Source: Malacoraja senta
Taxonomy: Eukaryota
Assembly (NCBI GenBank): GCA_038087875.1
Contig: CM075977.1
Coordinates: 274,908,001-274,972,000, forward strand
Direction: 5' to 3'
Length of the DNA: 64,000 nt
The notes below the pieces were generated by a model. It saw only the letters and a program-made list of their open reading frames with translations, made no database searches and was not told the DNA's origin. Position numbers and translations under genes: made by a program. This document shows positions 24,936-37,585 of this stretch, in pieces; position 1 is the stretch's first letter, and each line of letters starts with the position of its first letter.

Positions 24936-25478
24936 AGGGGCTGTCCCACTTGGGCGACCTAATTGGTGAGTTTAGAAGAGTTTGAAAAATGACATGTTGA
25001 AGACCTCCTTCGACTATGTAGAAGACCTCCTTCGACTCTGTTGAAGACCAGCTTCGACTAACTGCGACTAACTTCGGGAAAATTGGACACCGAATAGTGG
25101 AGAGTGAAGACGATCTCCTTCGACCTCCCTTCAACCTCCCTTCAACTATGATGAACACTATCTACAACTACCTTCGACTACCCTCGATTGCCTACTACTA
25201 ACATGCCGACCTACAACGACCTACTACGACTAAACCTACGAGTAAAAAAAGTATCGATTTTTTCTATGATGACCTTTTTTTACTCGCGGGCATTTTTTAA
25301 CATATTGAAAAAAACGCCGCAACCTAGCTGAGGCCTCGAGTTCGCAGGAGACCATTCTCGAGCATGAAGGAGAGTTACGAAGACCTCCTACGACCTTGTG
25401 TCGACCACGCTGCGAGTATGCGTCGAGGGCAAACTCGCCAGAACTCGCGGATTAGGTCGCCCAAGTGAGATAGGCCCT
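24936..25478. mobile_element. PIF/Harbinger-type MITE
   Basis: 28-bp TIR AGGGGCTGTCCCACTTGGGCGACCTAAT / ATTAGGTCGCCCAAGTGAGATAGGCCCT; TAA TSD on both sides; internal CGAC-rich repeats. Confidence 0.88.
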
Positions 25479-25574
25479 TAAGACTATCTGTGCCTATCTT
25501 ACCTATTACTGGTCAAGAAAATATGTGATCTTGAGGAAGATTAAGTAATTATTCAATGATCAATTGGTTGAAAA

Positions 25575-25880
25575 TTACAGCATGGAAACAGACCCTTCGG
25601 TCCACTGAGTCCATCCTGACCATTGATCACCCATTCACACTAGTTTGGTAATCCCACTGCACCACTTTCTACACATTACACGGCAATTTACAAAGGCCAA
25701 TTAAGCTACAAACCCGTACGTCTTTTATGATGTGGGAGGGAAACTGGAGCGCCCGGAGGAAATGTATGTGGTCACAGGGAGAACATGTAAACTCCACACA
25801 CACAGCAGCGGAAGTCAGGATTGAACCTGGGTCCCTGGTGCTGTGAGGCATTAGCTCAACCGCTGCACCACTGTGCTGAC
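25575..25880 (-). mobile_element. V-SINE (older subfamily)
   Basis: Reverse-complement tRNA head and V-domain. Confidence 0.75.
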
Positions 25881-26279
25881 CTCATCACACGATGGTCACG
25901 CCACATCCTCCTGGGGCGAGCAAAGCTGTGTGAACCCCTGCGCTGGTGAGTACACATCTTTTGTAACAAGAACAGCTCCATTTATATAATGTGATTATTT
26001 TGTGATTATTTTGAGCCACAATCATGATGTGGAACATTCTGTGCGCCTGCCTCGTTTACAGTAACGCTAAATTTCCAGTGTCAAGACCATTTGGGTCAGG
26101 GAAATGAGACATTCATTGCTTCGAGCTACATACTGTTTTTTTTCTTGATAGCAATCCATCTGGAAAGCAGAAGGACCTTTCTGGTAGAGGACTCAATGTA
26201 ATGTGATTTCATATCAGCTCCAGCCTGAGACCAAGCAATTCCTCATTCCAATTCAGATCTGTCCTCTTCAACCTCTAAC

Positions 26280-26592
26280 AGTTTAGTTTAGTTTAGAGAA
26301 CAGGCCCTTCGGCCCACCAAGTCTGCACCGACCAGCGATCCCCGCACATTAACACTACCTTACACACACTAGGGACAATTTTTTTTACATTTATACGTTT
26401 ATACCAAGCCTATTAACCTACAAATCTGTACATCTTTGGAGGGTGGTGGAAACTGAAGATCTCGGAGAAAACCCACGCAGGTCACGGGGAGAACGTACAA
26501 AATCTGTACCGACAACACTTGTAGTCGGGATCAAACCCGGGTCTCTGGCGCTGGAAGGCAGTAGCTCTACCGCTACGCCACCATGCTGCCCT
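26280..26592 (-). mobile_element. V-SINE, full length
   Basis: Reverse complement of the 252-568 family. Confidence 0.85.
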
Positions 26593-28143
26593 ATTTTTGC
26601 ACGTCTTATTTGGACATGAAAACAATTGAATTATTGTTTGAATACTGGTTGTTTAGTTGTGGAACGCAACACTTAATAACACCCAGAATGGGTCTACTGG
26701 AGTGTTCCGTTTTCTTTTAAATTACTGATCCACAATATTGTGTGTTTTATTCCATGTTATTTAATCTTACTGTTTCAAAGTTATTTCTAACTCAGAGGAT
26801 TTTGTTTTTTGGTTAAGTATTATATTTCATGTGCTTACTTATTTAAATACCTAAAATGTTTAACATCTCTAAATAGAGAGATATATAAAATATAATCAAA
26901 AAGCTTTGACAGCAAGCTATCAAGGCATCCAGAGGCATCAAAATCCACCTCTTGGGACGTCGATACTGCAATCTGCATTGGACCCACAAGACTGCAGAAA
27001 GTAAATGTAACCGTGGGAATAGAGCAGGCAGCAGGTCAGGTATTTCAACCATTTCAAATTAACTGCTGAGTACTCAAGTGTGGCTCTACCAGATTTTCAG
27101 ATTTTTGCTGACAGGAGCAAGGCCTGTTACAGGGAATGTGAAGTTGGAGAATTACCGTTGCAATTTTAAGCATAGGAAGGTAAAGATTATAAAAAAAGAA
27201 CAAATGTGGATATAACCAAAAAAAACAATGGTACACGTGGTTTTCCTATTCAATCTTCAGCCAGCTATGAAGGGTCTAAATTTAGTCAATGAGAGATTTT
27301 ACTTCCATACATATCGCATTCGGTGTGATTTCAAGATTTTAACAGCAATATGGACAGCAAAATTCATTTTTTCTTCTTTTCATACTGTCTATAACTTACC
27401 TTTCTGATTCAGCTGAGAAGTACATTCTTGAATTCAAACTTGGGCCGTGTAAATATTTCTTATATATATGTATAAACATATGCTACTAAATATATATATG
27501 TTTATTTATTCTATATCTCCTCGTATATAAAATTATATCTCTAAATTTTTATCTTATGTTTCTTGATATAAATCTATTTCTTTGGTGCTTCAGTTGAAGT
27601 TGAGAAGGTTGTAAAGCAATCCCATTTTGGATCATTGGTTTGGTTCTGTGGCTTTTTAAGTTCAGAAGTTCATGGAGTCAACCATCTATCCCAATAAACA
27701 ATATGGTCCTTTTGCTTCTAACATGGTGTATCTTCCAGAATTTCTCCCATCTTTTCGTTTCCCTCCACCCTCCTCCCATCTTCATTAAAGCACCTCTCTC
27801 ACACTGTTGAACACAGGAGATGCTGGAATCTAGATACATAATATAAATTGTAAAAATTGAATAATTGGCTGGGAAGGTTGATAATGATTAACTTAATGAC
27901 ATAAAAATATATCATTTGGAACTGATGAATAACTTTTGTGCAGAAAGCAGATAAAATAATAATTTGAAATCAAAGTTATTGTTTTGCCTTATATTATCTT
28001 TCTACTCTTATTCTCAATCCAATACAACCAACAATAACATGAACCCATTTCAACAAAAATGTATTGCTAAATTAAAAAAAATAATTAATGAGGGAGTCGA
28101 CAACAATAGCCTTATGACAATATACAGAAACTTTGTGTAGTAC

Positions 28144-28257
28144 CTTCATGGCATGTCTCAGTTCATGAGCATCAAAGAAAGCTGGTGGGTACATCAGTCC
28201 TACAATTACGTCCTTGAAATGTTCAGACAATTTCTCCTTAAGGTCAGTAATCAGATC
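28144..28257 (-). CDS. ANXA10: Annexin A10 coding exon (human exon 4 equivalent, 114 bp): DLITDLKEKLSEHFKDVIVGLMYPPAFFDAHELRHAMK
   Basis: CAG acceptor at 28260-28258, GT donor at 28143, phase 0/0. Matches recalled human ANXA10 DLIGDMREQLSDHFKDVMAGLMYPPPLYDAHELWHAMK. 114 bp is the canonical annexin exon size. Confidence 0.95.
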
Positions 28258-28379
28258 CTGTATTTGAAGGAAGAAAATATTCGTATTCAGGAATGATAGA
28301 TAGTTACAGCCAAGCACACCAAATCCTTGCTTCTAACGTTTGATTGATTTTCAGTGAAATAAACCATCTATTATTTTTT

Positions 28380-28692
28380 CGTTTAGTTTAGAGATACAGC
28401 GTGGAAACAGGCCCTTCAGCTCACCGAGTCCGCACCGACCAGCAATCCCCGCACATTAACACTCTCCTACACGCACTAGGGACAATTTATACTTATACCA
28501 AGCCAATTAACGTGCAAACCAAGACATCTTTGGAGTGTGGGAGGAAACCGAAGATCTCAGAGAAATCCCATGCGGTCACGGGGAGAACGTAAAACTCCGT
28601 ACAGACAGCACCCGTAGTCGGGATTGAACCCGGGTCTCCGGGGCTGCAAGCATGGTAAGGCAGCAACTCTACTGCTGCGTCACCGTGACGGC
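28380..28692 (-). mobile_element. V-SINE, full length
   Basis: Reverse complement of the 252-568 family. Confidence 0.85.
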
Positions 28693-29852
28693 CTAAACAC
28701 ATTGAGCATACGTGTTTATTAACAATCCAGCAGTTTCAATTACACCTTAAATTATACTTATATTTTTAGCAAGTTAAATTAGGAAGACTGCAACGAGTTA
28801 CTCGATCATATGGATAAGCTGCTTCAAACAATAATAAACCAGTATTAATAACATAATGCCAAAGAAAAGATTGCAAACAAGGATGAAATAAGCACAATTA
28901 AGAACCAGTGGAAGCTGTTTTTGTTTTCCTTGAACCTCTAACTGTATATACAGGGCAGGAAACGTTTTAAATTGTATCTTTTGTTTCCTATCATTCAAAA
29001 TGTGACAAAATAATTAAAGGAGCTGACATTGATTGGTAGGAGAAGGATTGACTGTAAGACTGTCAAACAGTGCTCCAATTAAATAGCACTATAGAAATCT
29101 TTCCATTCTGCAGTGAAGGGGAAGGGCAGTATAGATATTAGCTATGAAATAACAGTCAGATCAGGGTAAAGTAAATTTCAAAGCATCTCATTGTGTGAAG
29201 TGTGATGGAGAGTGAAAACATAGCAGCACATTTCAGAAATCCGTGTGACTGCCTGAGGAACAGCAATTAATAACCAACTCTCGTTTCCCCATTTTCTCGT
29301 GCTTTCTCATTGAAATATTGCAATACAGAATGAAAGCTTTCTGATTCAGCTTTAATGAATTTTACAAAAAAAACATGCTTTAGATTTTATTCATGTTGAC
29401 GAACAGGTGATAATGAATTAACACATCAACATCTTAGAGAGATACATCGTGTGATAGAGTTCCATCTTTTTTCTTTTTGTAAGCTTGGCTCAGGTCGGCA
29501 ATTCTAATTTTGAAAATTATAGATTAAATTATGCTCTTAGAATTGAAACTGATGATGCAAGTTGACTTTGATGAGCAATACCAAAGGACGTGTTGCATTC
29601 TTGGGAGTACTGAGTTTTGAATAGGAAGAGAATCTGTCTGCCTGGGTGAGGAAGAGCGTGGAGGCCTTTTATTTGCAAGATGAATGTTACTTTTCAGACA
29701 ATATCACAGTAGAATGTGACTTTGCAAGTGGAGAATAGCAGCTGTCTCTTCCTTTATAACCATAATCTCTGTACTGCAATGATAGTTTATTGCAAAAATG
29801 TGCTTTGAGATATTTCATAAAAATAAATGTACATTGTTTATTGAAGAGGATG

Positions 29853-30275
29853 AGTCAAGTCAAGTCACATTTATTTATATAGCACATTTAAAAAACAACT
29901 CTCGTTGGCCAAAGTGCTTTACATTTGTTATAAGAATAGCACAAAACAAAACAAACTACATACATGTAGCCCTCACTCAGACGACGTCAGGAAAGGCTTG
30001 GGAGTATAGATAAGTCTTTAGTCTTGACTTAAAAGAGTCGATGGAGGGGGCAGTTCTGATGGGTAAGGGGATGCTGTTCCACAGTCTAGGGGCTGCAACC
30101 GCAAAGGCGCAGTCGCCCCTGAGCTTATGCCTAGACCGTGGGATATTCAGCAACCCCAAGTCGGCCGATCTGAGGGGCCTGGAGGTGGAGTGGTGGGTGA
30201 GAAGACTTTTTATGTAGGTGGGGGAAAGCCCATTGAGGGCTTTGTAGACATGGAGGAAGATCTTGATGAGGTACT
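29853..30275 (-). mobile_element. L2 LINE 3' end
   Basis: KIFLHVYKALNGLSPTYI...LRS...GDCAFAVAAPRLWNSIP...FKSRLKTYLY; (CTTGA)n tail. Confidence 0.85.
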
Positions 30276-30885
30276 GCAATTTTGAAAAACATAATTTGTA
30301 AACATTATATGACAGAGAAACAGAAAAATAGGACTATGGCTGTGAGACTATGGCTGATCATCCATTTGAAATTCCTTTAGATCCTTTGGTGCTAGAAATT
30401 TATCCATCTCATTCTTAAATGATTCTCTGCAGTATTGGACTTTGCTGATCTTGGAAAAAAATATTCCTCAACTCAGTTCAAAGTGTCTTATGTCTTAACA
30501 TCCTAAGGCCTTGCATTAATGTACCAGTGATACAGTGTGGAAATAGGCCCTTCAACCCAACTTGACCACACCAGCCAACATGTCCCAGCTACACTAGTAC
30601 CACCTTCCCGCATTTGCTCCATATCCCTCCAAACCTGTCCTATCCATGTACCCGTCTAACTGTTTCTTAAACATTGGGATAGTCCCAGCCTCAACTACCT
30701 CCTCTGCTTTTTGCATATCATCAACCAACCTTTGTGTGAAAAAAGGTGTGAGGACTAGCGGAGTGTGTTGAGGATGAATAAAAATTGGGTGGAAATTGTT
30801 TGGCTCCTATTATGAGCCTGTGAGGATCTTTGAACTTGCACAGGAAATCCAAACCTGCAGACAATCAAACTTGGTAGAGCAGAGG

Positions 30886-31151
30886 AAATGTGTAGGAAGG
30901 AACTGCAGATGCTGGTTTATACCGAAGATTGACACAAAATGCTGGAGGAACTCAGCAGGACAGGCTGCATCTCTGGAGAGAAGGAATTGGGTGACATTTT
31001 GAGTCGCCACCCTTCTTCAGTAATGAGTGACGTTTCAGGTCGAGACTCTTCTTCAGCTTGGGTGACGTTCTCGACCCGAAACGTCACCCATTACTTCTAT
31101 CCAGAGATGCTGCCTGTCCCGCAGAGTTACTCCAGCATTTTGTGTCTATCT
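30886..31151. mobile_element. Palindromic PLE-derived insertion with 15-bp TSD
   Basis: Head-to-head arms; TTGGTAGAGCAGAGG at 30871-30885 and 31152-31166. Confidence 0.85.
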
Positions 31152-31720
31152 TTGGTAGAGCAGAGGTTCCCTCGGTATTACTCATCAGAGGCTTGAAATT
31201 CTGAAGCTACCATTTGGATCCTCTCTTAAAAAAAAAAGCATTGATAAGGCATTCGAACAAGCATCACATTTTCCATTCATAAGTGAAGTAAAATCGTAAA
31301 TGTGGCCCCATAGCTGGTGTGCGTCCCAAATTTCCATTTCAAAGCGATCACTGGCAAGAAGAAAGCAGGTGGACTTTTTGCTTATTTGCGGGTTTGCCTG
31401 TGAATTCCATCAGCCATCTTTGGGGAATCAAACAGGTAATCTACGTCCTACCACTGCACACTGTCAAATTTCTAAATGCGCATTGCTCGTTAATCATTGG
31501 TGAAAAATCCCTTCTCAGAAACCTGAAAAAAAATGATGCTGTTGGAAATAGACTTAACTTAGAGAAAAGCAAAATTGCTCCTGCATCTGGGCTTAACGCC
31601 AGTAGAAAATGTGACCATTGATCTTTTGGTGAGATTCTTGTTTGAGCAAGAAGTATTACTCTAGCATGAAGCTCCCTCAAATAATATCTGCACTAACACA
31701 CCTCGTATTCATCTCAAGCA

Positions 31721-31886
31721 TGTGTAGGAAGTAACTGCAGATGCTGGTTTACATCAAAGAATGATGCAAAATGCTGGAGTAACTCAGACAGGCAGCTTCT
31801 CTGGATGGAAGGAATTCCGTCACCCATTCCTTCTATTCAGAGATGGTGCCTGTCCCGCTGAGTTACTCCAGCATTTTGTGTCTATC
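31721..31886. mobile_element. Palindromic PLE-derived insertion with 13-bp TSD
   Basis: TTCATCTCAAGCA (31708-31720) vs TTCATCTTAAGCA (31887-31899). Confidence 0.8.
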
Positions 31887-32756
31887 TTCATCTTAAGCAC
31901 AATCTTCAATGAACTGGTCTGGAAAATATCTATATTTGTTTACTCACAGAATTATCAGCTTTTATTATATTTCTCATGAAACCACACAATGTGAAGGGCA
32001 AACTCTTGAGCTGCATATTTGGAAGTCTGCTCCACCAAACTCTCACTGTATTCACGCACAAGGATAATTCTTCCTTGCATTTTCTTCCTTCCGTCTTGTA
32101 TTCCTTGGTGGATGGTAGAGAGAGGCATCTCTCATCCCTTTGGGGTGTCTCGGAATACTCTGTATCAGTACGCCTGCATCTGCATCATTGCAACAGTATT
32201 TTTGAGTCGGTCAAAGAGTGCTGCTTTTATTTTATTTGCAAAGGTGAAAAGGGCTGCTTTATAAGATTGTAGCTGCAAGGTCAAGTGGGCACTGCAGTGA
32301 GACACTGCAGATCAACCGATCAATGGAGATCAATGGATCAGCACACAGTGAAACTGACACAAGGGAAACCTAACTATATCTTTCTGTGAATGTCAGATTA
32401 GAAAACTGCAATCTTTATATCTTTTAAAAATATGTTAGGATATGCTTGGAAAGTTCACTCTTTTGCCGTAATAAGCATGTGCTGTGCATGATGTCTATTC
32501 CAATCTCCTCAAAATGTTGTGTAGTTAGGCAAAAAGACTTTGGCTTCAGTGCTGTGGCATAATGCAAGCCAAACGTGCACTGATGTGGGACCTGTACATT
32601 CCCCTCAAGAGGTGCATAAAGAGCTTGTAGGTCTATTTCCATTATTGTACGTACCGTTAAGAAGGAACTGCAGATGCTGGTTTAAACTGAAGATAGACAC
32701 AAAAAGCTGGAGTAACTCAGCAGGACAGGCAGCATCTCTGGAGAGAAGGAATGGGT

Positions 32757-32784
32757 GACGTTTCGGGTCGAGACCCTTCTTCAG
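32757..32784 (-). ncRNA. Minimal hammerhead-ribozyme-like core in a PLE-derived repeat (element about 32660-32788)
   Basis: Minus strand CTGAAGAAGGGTCTCGACCCGAAACGTC, identical to 13506-13533. Confidence 0.6.
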
Positions 32785-33522
32785 ACTGGTGCTTGAAGTA
32801 TTCTCTCCAGGGAGGCTACAGTACAGGTTCAGAAAATGGAGGAAAGGGAAAACATGGGGCAATAGTACTTGGTAGTTCCCCGTATGTCTATACACCCACA
32901 ACTCCTATACTGTGCATAGCCCAGTCACTCTGAGATGTGGACATATCAAGGAATAGGCAAAAAAACAGCAATCAGTGAAGGGCACCACAGATTTATTTTC
33001 TACAATGCTGATGATTGAAAACTGAGACTAGCAGACGCTATGTACAAGATATCAATGTCACAGTGTGGAAGTTAAATAACCATCTTACTTCTGATCCCAG
33101 TGCAATGCGGTTAATTTTGCCATGACTGAATCGTGACAATCATAGGTTGACTGCTGAAGCTTCCTTTTCTCTCAGCAGTGAAGGACACCACACTGTGTGA
33201 CCTGTGGGAACATCGGCTCTTGCTGAAGAAGCTGGACAAATGTCAGCCGTGCCATGGTGAATCATCGTACAGAAACGTCTGGTGAGCTTCCCTATGGCCA
33301 CCATCTCACCACAAAGTTATCATTGGTGCAATCATTTCTGCGTAAAACCTCCTTTATGTACAACTTGCACTTTGCAAATATGTCCACTTTCTTGGAAACA
33401 ACTTTTAAGTTGTGAAGTTCACTGTGAGATTCCTGAGTGCATATCGTTCAATCCAACCATACGGTGGCACAGCAGGTCAGGACATTCAGCCCCTAATCCC
33501 AGCAGCATACCTCTGCTGTTGT

Positions 33523-33825
33523 GGGCAGCACAGTGTCCTAGCTGGTGGGCCTGCTGCCTCACAGCACCAGAGACCTGGGTTCAATCCTGAACTCCAATAC
33601 TGTCTATATGGAGTTTGTATATCCTCCCTGTGACCGCATAGGTTTCCTCTGGGTGTTCAGGTTTTCTTCCAGTTTCAAAAGACGTACAGGTTTGTAAGTT
33701 AATTAATAACAGGGAGTGAGGAGTCAATGTGAAATTGGGATAACATAGAACTAGTGTGAACGGGTGATTGATGGTTGTCATCGGCTGAAGGGCCTGTTTC
33801 CATTCTGGATCTTTCAATCAATCAA
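33523..33825 (+). mobile_element. V-SINE (older subfamily)
   Basis: tRNA head, V-domain, (CAAT)n tail. Confidence 0.75.
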
Positions 33826-34307
33826 TTCATGGAAATACAATGAACCAGCAATTTCTCATTCCCACCCTTTGTAATATAGCATCACCTCTGTTTATTTGAC
33901 AATCTATATTAAAATGACTGAACTAACAGATTTGTTATTATCACTGTGCCTGATGTAGTTCCATGTGATCCTGGAACTCTTTGCGATAGGCTCACTATTG
34001 TGCCATGAAACCCTAAGAACTCTCCAAATATGTTTTGTTAAGTACAAAATTAAACCCAGAAGTAGAAAGAATGAAATGTGTCTTTAGGAACAATATAACT
34101 CCCTTTGCACTTATATTTATATTTTGTCTAAATTCACACACGTGATCAAAATCTGTAACAAATTTCTCAACAACAAAAATAAATCTTCCAATGCAATAAA
34201 ATATTTAGACAGATAAAAATTGACAGGAAAATACTTCTCATATCAAAGAAATGCAAAAACACTGGTGTTCATTTATCTCGACGTGTATAACCCAATAAAT
34301 CCAATAA

Positions 34308-34862
34308 AGGCTTCCTGACGGGTAGCGGCTGTGGACTGGGAACGCGGTCGGATGACTTTATCGAGGCGCTGCTGTCTCGATGATTGCCGCATAGAAGCCC
34401 GGGGAGGGGCCTCGTGGGTAAAAGCCTGGGTCAGGCAAAGCGGCCGACGGAGCTCACGGCTGGAGCCCAGGTCGGCACCATGGAGTCGTGAAGTGGGGCG
34501 ACAGGGGTGAGGCCTCGCGACGATGGAGCCTCGGCGGTGGTGAAGACTCCCGGCGGCGGTGATGCCTCGCGGGTCGACCTATGGTCGACGGTCGATGTGA
34601 GCGTGGTGGACCACCGTGAGGGGGGAGAGGAAAAACAATGGAGGACCAGGCATGGGGGGGGGACCATCATAAGGGAGGTGTGGAAGGACAATGGACACTA
34701 GGCCGGGGGGGTCATAGGACAATGGGGACCCGGCATGGGGGAACTGATGGGGGGGGGGAGAAAAAGGGGGGAGACGGCGTAACTTTGTCAGCGTCGTAGA
34801 TGGCTGCTATTTGTATACATTGTGTATGCAAAGAATCTCACTGTGCCAATAAAGTATTCCTA
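34308..34862 (+). mobile_element. Unclassified GC/CpG-rich retroposon with a Rex1-like 3' tail
   Basis: Sharp GC-rich island in AT-rich DNA ending AAGAATCTCACTGTGCCAATAAAGTATTCC. Confidence 0.45.
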
Positions 34863-35469
34863 AATCCTGCAATATAGTGTACAGTAATAGTTAAGTCTGT
34901 TTGGTTCAGATACTTAATATTTAATTTGCCTATTTCTGACATTAACAGAGCAGAACTTATTGTTATCCAAAATATGAAGTCATTCTGCACAAATATAAAT
35001 TTCTAAAATAGTCATCTCAGCATAATGTTAATGTGTAAAAAGTAGAACTATATTTATTATAGTTTATTATATTTTATTATTTTTAAATCGTAATTCAGAA
35101 AAGTACTCCAAAAGTATTCTGGTGGGTGAACTTTTCCAGAATAGAATACAAGATATAGCCACCAATAAAGTAACCCCAGATTTCTACTTTCATGTTGAAC
35201 TTGACCACTTTTGTAATAGTGTATTAGAGACAGCTGTTAGCTCGGGAAACTGAGGTACTAACATGGAGTAAATATAATAACTGGTGGATCATTTTTAAAT
35301 AGTCTCATAGAAGGAAAACAAGGAAATAAATCCAAAGTTTATCGGCCATAAAAATGAGAACAGATGTAGATCATTTAGCCCCTAATGCATGTTCTAGATT
35401 ATGACTGATTTGTCGTTCCTTGAGTTCACTTTTCTGCCTTTTCCCCATTGCCCTTGGTTCTCACCAACT

Positions 35470-36035
35470 CTAACCCGACTCTTCCCCAAATTGAACAGTT
35501 CGAGTTCCCTTGGTCCTTACCTTTCACCCTATCACATCCACAACCTACACATGATGCTTTGACATTTCTGCCAGCTACAATGACATCCCACGACCTTCAC
35601 TTCCTTTTCTACCTTCTGCAAAGACCACTCGCTCTGTGACTCCCTGGTCTGTTCAACCCTCCCAACTCAATCCTCACTGTGGCCAGGGACTTACCCCTGC
35701 AACCACAGGAGATGCTACATTTGTCCCAGCACCTCCTCCCTCACCATCCAGGGACCTAAACGGCCATTCCAGGTGAGGCAGAGATTCACATGCACCTCCT
35801 CCAACCTGGTTTATTGCACTCAGGTGTTCTCAATGCTGATTCACAATAATCAACATGGGCTTCCAGTTGCAAGCCTTTTCAACTCTGTTTCCCATTCCCA
35901 CACCAAACTCTATGTCCTTGGCATCCTCCACTAGTAGGGTGAAGCCCAACACAAACTGAGGAACAGCATCTTATATTCCTCCTGGGTATTCCCCCTCATC
36001 CAATGGCATGAGCATTGGATAATCCGCGCTCAGGT
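35470..36035 (+). mobile_element. Degenerate PLE GIY-YIG fragment
   Basis: Nucleotide similarity to the 20814-21606 element (CCCTGCAACCACAGGAGATGC, CCAGGTGAGGCAGAGATTCAC). Confidence 0.75.
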
Positions 36036-36099
36036 AAGGGAGTTTGTCCATTAGTTTGCTACTTTTGGCAAGGAGAAAACAAATGGCACCTTGAGTCAG

Positions 36100-36297
36100 T
36101 ATGTGTAGGAAGCTGGTTTAAATGAAAGATAGACACAAAATGCTGGAGTAACTCAGCAGGACAGGCAGCATCTCTGGAGAGAAGGTTTGGGTGACGTGTC
36201 AGGTTGAGACTGAAGCAGGATCTTGACCCGAAATGTCACCTTTCCTTCTCTCCAGAGATGCTGCCTGTCCCGCTGAGTTACTCCAGTATTTTGTGTC
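36100..36297. mobile_element. Palindromic PLE-derived insertion
   Basis: Head-to-head arms; degenerate TSD TGGCACCTTGAGTCA / TGGCATCATGAGTTA. Confidence 0.75.
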
Positions 36298-37277
36298 TGG
36301 CATCATGAGTTATATTGGTGAAAGATGTCAGATGCACGAAAGTGAACTGAGCCAGTGACCCTGATGGACCAAAGTTCACCCAGAAATATACATTGGTGTG
36401 ATTTAACCCTGGGGGAAATCCCTTTCATTTGTCTGTGAAAGAGATATCAAAGAAAGATGAAGCCACTCTGAAAGGAAATTGATTTTTCGAGCCAATTTTT
36501 TGATACTGGCACTGGGCCCAAGAGAATGTCAATTCATCATGAAAAGAAGAGTTAATTAAATTACCCATGCAATGGCAAAGAGGGCGAGCTTGGGCTGCTA
36601 AAAAGACAAAAATAAAAGTTTAGAACGCCATCATTTCAAATATGGCAATTGTATAAAGTGCATGAATGTAGCTTTGTTGTGTCATTGTTAAATATTTCAG
36701 GTAAACAATCAGTTATTTAGAGGAAATTATACATAATAAATGACTGGTTAGACATTGAAGAACAGACAGTTTGTTATAACCAACGACTGTGGTTTCTGCC
36801 TCAGGTAATTTTCAAAGGTGAAATAGATATAATAATAGCTAATAATAATATACATAATAATTACCCTTATTTATCAATTTCCATAAATGATAAGAACAAA
36901 GTGGATATTTTTGGCTACCACACATTGGCATATCCTTTGTGAAGTCAATGCTTCAAAAATACCAACATACTTAACAAAGCATTAACACTTGCCATATACA
37001 ACTTCAGTACAAAACATTTTCTCAATTATAATAATTTCAAAACTTGTGATATTTTTGCATTACTGTTCCCTTACCAAAGAAAGAAGGATTTACAACCATT
37101 AATGCAGACAATACATTGATATTATGGAAACAGCCAATGCATTCTTTACAGAATTAACAAGAATTTTACTTAATAGTATCTCTATCTGATGATAAGTGGT
37201 GCTGCAAATGGATTCACAAAGTCTTTAGTGTCTTACTGACTTAACGTCTAGCATATATTAAATAAGGGAAAAGAAGT

Positions 37278-37585
37278 GGGCGGCATGGTGGCGCAGCGGT
37301 AGAGTTTCTGCCTTACAGTGCTTGCTTTCAGTGCGAGAGACGCGGGTTCGATCCTGACTACATGTGCTGTCCGTACGGAGTTTGTACGTTCTCTCTGTGG
37401 GTTTTCTCCGAGGTCTTCAGTTTCCTCACTCACGCCAAAGACGTACAGGTTTGTAGGTTAATTAGCTTGATGTGAATGTAAATTGTTCCTAGTGTGTGTC
37501 AGATAGTGTTAATGTGCGGGGATCGCTAATCGGTGCGGACTCAGTGGGCCGAAAGGCCTGTTTCTGTGCTGTATCTCTAAACTAG
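37278..37585 (+). mobile_element. V-SINE, full length
   Basis: Intact A/B boxes (GGGTTCGATCC), V-domain and tail. Confidence 0.85.

Noticed and set aside
24990-25250. CRISPR-like array from recurring GAAGACCTCCTTCGAC / CTACGAC units
   Set aside because: Irregular internal repeats of a MITE with no unique spacers, in a vertebrate context.
28318-28400. CAAGGATTTG|GT resembling the end of ANXA10 exon 2
   Set aside because: In-frame stop just upstream and no room for exon 3 before exon 4.
32455-32560. YGKR|GT as the end of ANXA10 exon 3
   Set aside because: In-frame TAG 12 codons upstream and no annexin similarity.
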